DNA from: Acanthaster planci | Taxonomy: Eukaryota | NCBI RefSeq assembly: GCF_001949145.1 | Contig: NW_019091357.1 | Location: forward strand, 2,828,859 to 2,892,858 | Direction: 5' to 3' | DNA length: 64,000 nucleotides | Part shown: positions 60,801-64,000 of the stretch, one piece after another | Position numbering within the stretch: position 1 is the first letter of the stretch | Layout: each line of letters starts with the position of its first letter | Translations under genes and position numbers: made by a program | The notes under the pieces: model-generated | What the model saw: the letters and a program-made list of their open reading frames with translations, nothing else | What the model was told of the DNA's origin: nothing | Databases searched by the model: none

Positions 60801-63800
60801 TGTCACGTTTTGTTTGTTACATGACTGATCAAATCTGGGCCCAATTCAGTGGATTCAAAGAAAATGGTTAATTTTCGTACTATTAAGTAAAAACCTGTCA
60901 CAAGTCACGAGTTAGTTTTTTTTTTAGGGTAGCTCAGCAAATCTGTGACTTTAGACCATGTGCTAATGGATGGTGCCTGGAATTGTCACTTCTAATTCAA
61001 GCAGAAATGCTTTGTTCACGTCGTACTGTAATTCAGAACCAGGGTTCTGTGTTTTCTTTGCAAGCACATGATTTTCTTATTTGTGGACCAGATGAGGGAA
61101 CATCGCTCTTTGCTATTGTTGCAAGTCAGGGTTCATTAAATTCCTTTCATTAGCTCTGATTTTTCATCTCAGATGGAACATTCATTCACGGAGATGCTTG
61201 ATTGGCTTAATTGGTTTTTTTTTTTGGTTAATCAGGTGCCGGCATTTTCATCGACTCTGTTACCGTCCGCGAAAGCGAGGCGGCGGACAAGGAGTACCTG
61301 TTTGCATGCCACAGCTGGCTGGACGACCACATGGAAGACAGACAGACAAGCAGACAGCTCCAACTACTCGGTAAATGTCAGGCTAGTGACTCATCAGATC
61401 TCTGCTGCCGAGATCGGGCTGCCTCATTGGTCGAGAACTGCTGAAGTTCATCAATAAATTATGCTACTCTTACCTCGAGGAAATCTTATCGCCCACGATG
61501 TACCGGGTTGGTTTTGAACCAGGGTCACCCAGACATGGTTGGCAAGGAGCAAGCACCCCACTGTGTTTGTCTGTGAGATAGAATGTTGCAATCTGTGCCG
61601 TGGGATAGAACGGTACTCTTGCAAGTCAAGTGCTCTACTGTTGTATTGAGGAGTGATCCTTGTTCAGTATTTCTTGTTTTTTTCTTTTCTGTCAGGTGTG
61701 CGGCCAATTGTATCCGACAGTAACGATGAGCCAACCCAAGGTAAGGATACCTCCGAGGTTTTTTGCCAACTCTAACTTTTTGATATTCCGCCATGCAGTC
61801 TTGTCACGGTCGACAAGAGTTTCCAAATCTTGCAACCAAAGGAATCAGTTGGATTTGTCAGATCTGTAACTAGACAATCATTTGTAGACATGCCAACCAG
61901 ACTCTGAAGAAGATGATACCTTGATGGGACATTTCATTTGACAGATCTTGCGTCATGAGCGATTTCCGGATCCATTCACTATTATGAATGATGCAAGCAT
62001 TATTCTCTTTGGTTAGACTCTGCGGACACTAGCTGGAAGGTCATAGTTCAGACCAGCGACCTCGAGAATGCAGGGACTACGTCCAACGTCTACCTGACTG
62101 TGTTTGGAGACAGCGGCCGATCCCCGAGTCACACCCTGCAGGGGAAGACACTGGACACCAACACTGAGCAGGAATTTGATGTATGTTGACAAATGGAGCC
62201 TTGTGTCTGTAGCAGCTTGGATCATTGCCTTAGAGGGGCGGGGTTTAGGGCTGAGGAGAGGGAGTTACATACTGATCGTCATTGCTACTTCCAACATTCT
62301 AATAACCCCTAGGTACACGTTGGAACCCAAAAAATAGTTGGAGAATGATTGGTTTAAGGGTATTTTCCATTTATATTCGAGAGTAAGGTGTTTGCTCGAA
62401 GCCCCAACAGACATAGTGCAAATATCCAAAAACAGAGATAATCAAAAAGGCTTTCTGTGCCTTGGCTGTATCCAAAGAGGAAGTAATTTGGGAAATCATT
62501 ACCTATTCAATTATGTATCGGCTATTCCACTGCGATGTGTATTTTTGTTTACCTTTGTCACACCAGGTTGATTTGGGTGATATCGGGGAGGTTGCCAAGA
62601 TCCGTCTGGAGCACGACAACTCTGGTGACAGCCCAGCTTGGCACGTGCAGCAGGTAACTGTTGATATTGACAACCTCCGCGCCTCAGCAAGGGATTGCTT
62701 GATTTCACACAGTCACAGTGTCATGCTAGAGCGACTCCCTAGAGCACTCGGGGCCAGTTTTGTCTGGAATGTAGGGTTTCTTTCACGTGGGCACCCAGCG
62801 TCTGGTTGAAACTGTTCCTTCCCCCTCCCCCCCAACTGGCCTCTCTTCTCTCTGCCAGCGAGGGGGCACTCTTGCTCGAAGGAGTTGGGGAACGTGCCTG
62901 GTTTTTGGGAAGAAGGGAATATGGAAATTAATTATCAGTTGAACGGCTTATTGGTTCAAGATCTCATAAAGTTTATAGATAATGTGCTGAATACTCTTTG
63001 GCAGAAACTGAAAAAAATTATGCATAGCGTATATTTTGCAATGGGTCTGCATTTAGATTTTTGTTGTTAACGTGACTTCCTAGAGCCTAGTTTGTCAAAA
63101 GGACTGTTCTCCATTGTGTGTATAGTTGATAGCTGTTAACAGAAAGGTGTGATTATTGAATCAAAGGAAAGGGTTCCGGTGGGCTTCAGATTGGACGTGA
63201 CGCGTGATTGGTTTATCCCTGCAGGTGCGACTGGTCCACGCGGCTAAGCCTGAGCTGGTGTTCCAAGTCAACACCTGGCTGTCGTCCGACCAGGGCGACA
63301 ATCCCAGCACCGTAAAGGAGGTGGCTGCCATCAGGGCCGGTGTGGATCCCCTGCCAGGTATGGGCGCCAGGCAAGGCCCGTTTTCCAATATCCTCCTGGC
63401 TCGGTGGCCGGCTTTCTCCCTATCTCAGACACCAGGATACTGTTTCAAAAGCTTGTGTTTCGGAAATGTCCGAATTGACTGGTTACGGCTGGGGTTGGTG
63501 CACACGGCAGTGGAAAGTGGTTTAAGCGGCTAGCCAGTGGCTTCCCATAGGTGCAGGCATTGTACCTAGTCACAGCCGTAACTTTCGGCCCAATCTTTTC
63601 TCTCACCAATTGGCAACGTAGTGCCCTCTGTAGCATGTGCACAAAGCCAGTGCCATTGAAACAGTGCTTATTTGATCATATTTTAGCCAAAGCTTTTGTT
63701 CTGTTTTTCTGCTCGTCCGACCAGTTGTTGCCAGAAACCTTTGTGCTCAAAAGTTGCCAAGACTTAAAAGAGGTAACTATTTTACTAAACTAAGCACTTT

Positions 63801-63988
63801 TATTAATTTTTATACTTGGGATTTTTTTAGTGGTGAATTACACAGTGCAAGTCCAAATCAGGGAAGATCCGGATAGCGCATCGACAAACCCCGACCTCTC
63901 CATAGCGCTGGCGGGCGAGGCAGGAGAGATGGCTAAATGGGAACTGATCAGGACAGGCAAGCCAGTCTGCGAAGATGGCAAGGTCAAG
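3251..63988 (+). CDS. RP1: Giant spliced gene, RP1-like long form: DCX x2 - PLAT x2 - beta-trefoil-like - PLAT x4 - FN3 x17+ - PLAT x4+; 3' end beyond window
   Basis: About 55 GT-AG exons with compatible phases, except one frameshift (~9295) and one phase break (19083 to 21978). DCX motifs (FFKSGDRNFKG, VRRIVTP, MRNGDP), PLAT motifs (YGEKGDTGKR, IGDIYKIRIGHD, FPCxRW, RELP) and FN3 motifs (SWxxPxGxxxGYR, GLxPxxxY). RP1 orthology is inferred from domain order, not from a search. Confidence 0.75.
6299..6312. promoter_or_regulatory. RFX X-box-like motif upstream of the alternative first exon
   Basis: ATTGCCATGGCAAC is 13/14 identical to the palindromic X-box GTTGCCATGGCAAC; ~315 nt before ATG 6627. 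Confidence 0.55.
6627..7016 (+). CDS. Alternative first coding exon with a duplicated N-half of DCX domain 2
   Basis: ATG 6627; TKLVVMRNGDPFTKRVLLLNRSKIPSFESLLGNIGECLRLPARKLFTVYGSK aligns with the end of exon 3251-3877; donor AAG|GTCAGT at the same codon position and phase 0. Confidence 0.75.
8537..8729 (+). CDS. Exon: C-half of DCX domain 2 plus linker
   Basis: TTTCAG|VESLSAIFNGSEDLFVVGTGVEKFRPG...KKS|GTAAGT; phase 0 to 1. Confidence 0.85.
9205..9364 (+). CDS. Exon: PLAT1 part 1 (contains apparent 1-nt deletion at ~9291-9298)
   Basis: GKFHMWVATSENPSAGTDATVSITVYGDKG, then frame switch to SDDIVLGCGNGKFESGNEDEFN|GTAGGT. Confidence 0.85.
9616..9702 (+). CDS. Exon: PLAT1 part 2
   Basis: INVGSIGDIYKIRIGHDDSTEFAGWLCEE; 87 nt; phase 0-0. 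Confidence 0.9.
10737..11018. repeat. Diverged ~160-bp tandem duplication
   Basis: ATCTGTC.GGCT.TTTT...TGTTTGCAGT.TTCA.ATGTGACAAAG...GGGTAATT occurs twice. Confidence 0.65.
14513..15023. mobile_element. ~510-bp foldback (palindromic) MITE
   Basis: Left and right ~250-bp arms are reverse complements around a short loop near 14760-14768; ends TTAG / TTAA. Confidence 0.75.
15289..15421 (+). CDS. Exon: PLAT1 part 3
   Basis: VRLQDVHTGDEMVFPCGRWMSRQEDDGQTCRELPV; 133 nt; donor GTAAGC. Confidence 0.9.
15715..15812. repeat. GT-rich microsatellite
   Basis: Repeated GTGTC(A/G)GTCT / GTGT units. Confidence 0.85.
16249..16400 (+). CDS. Exon: PLAT2 part 1
   Basis: [37 protein letters not shown]...FEKGK|GTGAGT. 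Confidence 0.9.
17889..17967 (+). CDS. Exon: PLAT2 part 2
   Basis: TDVFNIEAVSLGMLKKILIGHNSTDP|GTAAGT; 79 nt. Confidence 0.85.
18931..19083 (+). CDS. Exon: PLAT2 part 3
   Basis: DGWYLEKVVVKD...VFPCHCWLDATLDEDGKTSREIYV...|GTGAGT. Confidence 0.9.
20549..20741. repeat. 19-bp minisatellite, ~10 copies
   Basis: CACATTGAGGTATTTTTCA repeated. Confidence 0.9.
20947..20959 (+). CDS. Candidate 13-nt microexon (GKEM)
   Basis: TTGCAG|TGGAAAAGAAATG|GTGAGG after a ~105-nt AG-free zone with a TACTAAT branch-like site; reads GKEM|WEQEKW into the next exon. Confidence 0.4.
21978..22113 (+). CDS. Exon: beta-trefoil-like region part 1
   Basis: WEQEKWKFKPSNQMVFISKGSGKAVQIKADGSVEATADP...|GTAAAG. Confidence 0.8.
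22173..22642. mobile_element. Non-autonomous hAT-like MITE, copy 2
   Basis: Ends TAGGGCTG...CAGCTCTA; flanks GTAGAGAA / GTGGAGAT match 6/8, a decayed 8-bp TSD. Confidence 0.7.
23380..23483 (+). CDS. Exon: beta-trefoil-like region part 2
   Basis: CTGCAG|AIFEAQKVKPNVHIISSVANPEHCITMDSNKISNK|GTAAGA; phase 1 to 0 fits neighbours. Confidence 0.75.
23545..23620 (+). mobile_element. tRNA-derived SINE fragment
   Basis: GGTAGAGCA (A-box part) ... GGTTCAAATCC (B box), then a non-tRNA tail; no complete cloverleaf. Confidence 0.55.
23984..24148 (+). CDS. Exon: beta-trefoil-like region part 3
   Basis: GKGNELKLRVQMDRSIVIETAKNSSQLLTFGQTGKPGD...FFCYVK|GTACGA. Confidence 0.8.
24619..24837 (+). CDS. Exon: beta-trefoil-like region part 4
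   Basis: GMFRDEGITMFYTSRIQTLTVTPDRSCRATG...YWRIHKV...MLESLSQPGSFLRIKDGHCDVQ|GTAAGT. Confidence 0.85.
25607..25784 (+). CDS. Exon: beta-trefoil-like region part 5
   Basis: GSGDNCCHFKVLRVKDKGYVSLQSVESADVCVGFVPDGNVKP...YPHVIQ|GTGAGT. Confidence 0.85.
26081..26152 (+). CDS. Exon: Pro/Thr/Lys linker
   Basis: TTTCAG|FGTKKSVVTPTPPTSAKPAVNRKK|GTAAGC; phase 1-1. Confidence 0.75.
26671..26778 (+). CDS. Exon: linker with LTPTPTPS motif
   Basis: TTGCAG|VLNKQSNGNAKKTAALPLTPTPTPSPPVREKSVYD|GTGAGT; phase 1-1. Confidence 0.75.
27917..28060 (+). CDS. Exon: linker with two LTPTPTPS motifs
   Basis: YPEALTPTPTPSRNSGQYGTSGYPYSPILTPTPTPSPEEGLFDEFFA|GTGAGT; phase 1-1. Confidence 0.65.
28950..29472. repeat. Pentamer-based satellite (CCCAA/CCAAA/CTCAA) spanning a gap
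   Basis: Directly visible on both sides of N-run 29084-29312. Confidence 0.9.
31670..31824 (+). CDS. Exon: PLAT3 part 1
   Basis: GDWKVWVKTGKAGTKASVVLVVYGEEGVSQPFTL...FKAGEENEFK|GTGAGA. Confidence 0.9.
32184..32270 (+). CDS. Exon: PLAT3 part 2
   Basis: VNVLSVGDIYKIRIGLDTTSKKAAWRLDQ; 87 nt. Confidence 0.85.
32506..32641 (+). CDS. Exon: PLAT3 part 3
   Basis: VKMKDMITEEQLLFKFKNRWLSPNEDDADVWRESAAV...|GTGAGT. Confidence 0.85.
33134..33285 (+). CDS. Exon: PLAT4 part 1
   Basis: NKYSVQARTGSDVGSSTDANVYLCLYGEKGDTGKRQL...FQESQ; 152 nt. Confidence 0.9.
33832..33989 (+). CDS. Exon: PLAT4 part 2
   Basis: TDMFELEAVTVLTPTKVVVGHDGKGPGAGWFLDEVVIKE...YVFPCN; phase 0 to 2. Confidence 0.9.
34430..34503 (+). 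CDS. Exon: PLAT4 part 3
   Basis: WLDEGQDDKLIERELELGEVREIQ|GTAAGT; phase 2 to 1. Confidence 0.85.
34877..35037 (+). CDS. Exon: PLAT5 part 1
   Basis: HEWQVYVTTGSDNSAGTTAMVTLVAYGDKDKT...FRPGTTHDFR|GTAAGC; 161 nt. Confidence 0.9.
35353..35572 (+). CDS. Exon: PLAT5 part 2
   Basis: VYLGDIGQLYKIRIGHDN...WYLKTV...FDRWLSEKHDDLDVWRELPAV; 220 nt. Confidence 0.9.
36330..36645 (+). CDS. Exon: PLAT6 part 1
   Basis: YYVQVYTSSEENAGTEASVYLQLAGKNGDSGKRRL...DVFEIEAVYLGRLQRVTVGHDG...GWFLEKVVV...FPCK. Confidence 0.9.
36938..37005 (+). CDS. Exon: PLAT6 part 2
   Basis: WLDAGQDDQKIERDLTPAKPTS|GTAAGA; phase 2 to 1. Confidence 0.85.
37460..37726 (+). CDS. FN3 exon 1
   Basis: SITISWKPPTSGKVTGYRVTC...FGGLIPGRAYQFDIVT; phase 1-1. 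Confidence 0.9.
39040..39242. repeat. ~68-bp tandem repeat x3
   Basis: AAGACTCATTTTGTGGGGCCCC.GTCACATGAGGGCAGGCAGCACTTGTGTAG.TTCCGAGGTTGAAT three times. Confidence 0.9.
39576..39839 (+). CDS. FN3 exon 2
   Basis: AVIVSWTHPQGELSGYKARI...FVGLAPAKQYKVDVVT; phase 1-1. Confidence 0.9.
40316..40597 (+). CDS. FN3 exon 3
   Basis: SLAVSWTKPEGDVTGYRLAI...FKGLSPGQEYTVEVYT; phase 1-1. Confidence 0.85.
41095..41376 (+). CDS. FN3 exon 4
   Basis: TVTVSWKKPEGEVTGYRLTC...FEGLSTDTEYVVKLYT; phase 1-1. Confidence 0.9.
42612..42899 (+). CDS. FN3 exon 5
   Basis: SVLVSWTKPSGETVTGYQLAC...FEQLEDGKEYEVEIVA; phase 1-1. Confidence 0.9.
43457..43888 (+). CDS. FN3 exon 6 with Lys/Glu-rich insert
   Basis: SVSISWKKPEGNVSGYLVTY...DKKSKSKKSKKKKKKEEE...LEDLKPNAEYTVKIYA; phase 1-1. 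Confidence 0.9.
44386..44790 (+). CDS. FN3 exon 7 with acidic insert
   Basis: SQVISWKLSPQNEGISISGYRLTYGP...LSDLKIGREYVVTVFV; phase 1-1. Confidence 0.85.
45347..45811 (+). CDS. FN3 exon 8 with Lys/Glu-rich insert (paralog of FN3 exon 6)
   Basis: SVTISWKKPEGDISGYLITC...DKKSKSKKSKKKKKEEEE...LEDLKSDTEYTIKIYT; phase 1-1. Confidence 0.9.
46466..46486 (+). CDS. Probable start of a further FN3 exon truncated by an assembly gap
   Basis: CACAG|CT GCA GCG ACT GTT CCT GAA G (TAATVPE) in phase 1, resembling ESGTVPTV at the start of FN3 exon 5; N-run begins at 46487. Confidence 0.45.
48588..48857 (+). CDS. FN3 exon
   Basis: TISVSWTKPEGTVTGYRLLC...VDGLTPGRQYELEIYA; phase 1-1. Confidence 0.9.
49347..49763 (+). 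CDS. FN3 exon with DKPVDD(Q/R) repeat insert
   Basis: TVNLAWTRPEGDLTGYRIEY...VTGLTPGQRYLFNIVT; phase 1-1. Confidence 0.9.
49932..50246 (+). CDS. FN3 exon
   Basis: AITCSWSPPAGVVTGYRVAC...VEGLDRESEYQVAIWA; phase 1-1. Confidence 0.85.
50701..51042 (+). CDS. FN3 exon
   Basis: SLTVSWTTPEGALHTAYKITC...FSGLTPETAYVAQVVA; phase 1-1. Confidence 0.9.
51864..52202 (+). CDS. FN3 exon with acidic tail
   Basis: SLRVSWRNPEGPVTGFKVVC...FGGLNAGSKYGMEVYT; phase 1-1. Confidence 0.9.
52588..53012. mobile_element. Compound repeat: tRNA-like core between inverted arms
   Basis: AGCTCAGTAG...GGTTCGAGTCCC at ~52816-52878; ~52590-52688 is the reverse complement of ~52876-52972. Confidence 0.55.
53073..53366 (+). 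CDS. FN3 exon
   Basis: ALVVSWKRPDGPITGFRLEC...FSGLESETEYAVDVFC; phase 1-1. Confidence 0.9.
54116..54406 (+). CDS. FN3 exon
   Basis: ALTLSWERPTEGPITGYRVSL...FGGLEAGTAYTGLIAT; phase 1-1. Confidence 0.9.
54892..55170 (+). CDS. FN3 exon
   Basis: SLKVSWEKPDGPVTGYKVTF...FSSLPGGTAYLAGIQT; phase 1-1. Confidence 0.9.
56136..56651 (+). CDS. Last FN3 exon, with long disordered insert
   Basis: SVTVGWSAPDCQLTGYRVVC...(E/S/P-rich)...FTGLTQMTEYSFDIYT; phase 1-1. Confidence 0.9.
56855..57046. mobile_element. piggyBac-like MITE remnant
   Basis: TTAA-CCCCTTAACGCCGGGA ... TCCCGGTGCGAAGGGG-TAAA imperfect TIRs with CCC ends. Confidence 0.5.
57271..57291 (+). CDS. 21-nt microexon linker (KRVKLPT)
   Basis: Strong polypyrimidine acceptor TCTTTTTCAG and donor C|GTGAGT; phase 1-1. 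Confidence 0.6.
57733..57899 (+). CDS. Exon: PLAT7 part 1
   Basis: GEWKLWISTDEDSKPPHNARAHIVVYGEKGMS...FQAGNTDEFK. Confidence 0.9.
58290..58376 (+). CDS. Exon: PLAT7 part 2
   Basis: ISVGDIGDIYKIRIGHDDDTEWQGWHLKQ; 87 nt. Confidence 0.9.
58968..59100 (+). CDS. Exon: PLAT7 part 3
   Basis: VKMVDQHSEEELVFEFDRWMSRQEDDFDVVRELPAV; 133 nt. Confidence 0.9.
59343..59497 (+). CDS. Exon: PLAT8 part 1
   Basis: NVYRVCVSTGDHWAAFTDAKMWVVLHGERGDTGKRVL...KGQ|GTAAGT. Confidence 0.9.
59629..59748. repeat. 18-bp minisatellite, ~6.5 copies
   Basis: ACATTGGCAAATATTGTC repeated. Confidence 0.9.
60370..60420. repeat. 12-bp tandem repeat x4
   Basis: ACAAGACCAG(T/A)C repeated. Confidence 0.8.
60688..60766 (+). CDS. 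Exon: PLAT8 part 2
   Basis: MDEFKVEAVSLGEVSMVEIGHDGVGY; 79 nt, same length as PLAT2 part 2. Confidence 0.85.
61236..61370 (+). CDS. Exon: PLAT8 part 3
   Basis: AGIFIDSVTVRESEAADKEYLFACHSWLDDHMEDRQTSRQLQLL. Confidence 0.85.
61696..61740 (+). CDS. Exon: short linker
   Basis: GTCAG|GVRPIVSDSNDEPTQ|GTAAGG; phase 1-1. Confidence 0.7.
62017..62180 (+). CDS. Exon: PLAT9 part 1
   Basis: SWKVIVQTSDLENAGTTSNVYLTVFGDSGRS...TEQEFD|GTATGT. Confidence 0.9.
62567..62653 (+). CDS. Exon: PLAT9 part 2
   Basis: VDLGDIGEVAKIRLEHDNSGDSPAWHVQQ; 87 nt. Confidence 0.9.
63225..63357 (+). CDS. Exon: PLAT9 part 3
   Basis: VRLVHAAKPELVFQVNTWLSSDQGDNPSTVKEVAAI; 133 nt. Confidence 0.85.
63831..63988 (+). CDS. Exon: PLAT10 part 1 (divergent); gene continues past window
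   Basis: VNYTVQVQIREDPDSASTNPDLSIALAGEAGE...; donor after 63988 (GTAAGG) or after 63982 (GTCAAG). Confidence 0.75.
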
Positions 63989-64000
63989 GTAAGGAGACAA

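Noticed and set aside
9205..63988. Calling the gene LOXHD1, a polycystin or a receptor phosphatase
   Set aside because: LOXHD1 lacks DCX and FN3 domains. No transmembrane, signal peptide or phosphatase domain is visible, and the PLAT and FN3 exons are phase-linked to the DCX exons.
1..64000. Frequent TACATGTA palindromes and ACAAGTC/GACTTGTGA motif clusters (~24890-25045, ~37135-37380)
   Set aside because: Scattered through introns with no positional pattern; most likely genome-wide simple-repeat background.

Overview
Eukaryotic (animal) genomic DNA, probably an invertebrate deuterostome (low-confidence inference from repeat content), with four assembly gaps (26927-27464, 29084-29312, 38164-38870, 46487-47284). 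Nearly the whole window is one giant multi-exon + strand gene that runs off the 3' end. I traced about 55 GT-AG exons by hand, about 11.3 kb of CDS (>3,700 aa). Domain order: tandem doublecortin (DCX) domains, PLAT x2, a beta-trefoil-like region, a Pro/Thr linker, PLAT x4, an array of at least 17 fibronectin type III (FN3) domains (each on its own phase 1-1 exon, several with long charged loop inserts), then PLAT x4 or more. The DCX + PLAT + trefoil-like backbone best fits the long, PLAT-containing form of RP1 (oxygen-regulated protein 1; LOXHD1-like PLAT repeats). The inserted FN3 array is the unusual part. Other observations: a duplicated alternative first exon carrying half a DCX domain, RFX X-box-like motifs before both first exons, a 1-nt frameshift in the first PLAT exon, probable microexons, and intronic MITEs, foldbacks, tRNA-derived SINE fragments and minisatellites. 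Most entries in the supplied ORF track are spurious or are fragments of these exons.
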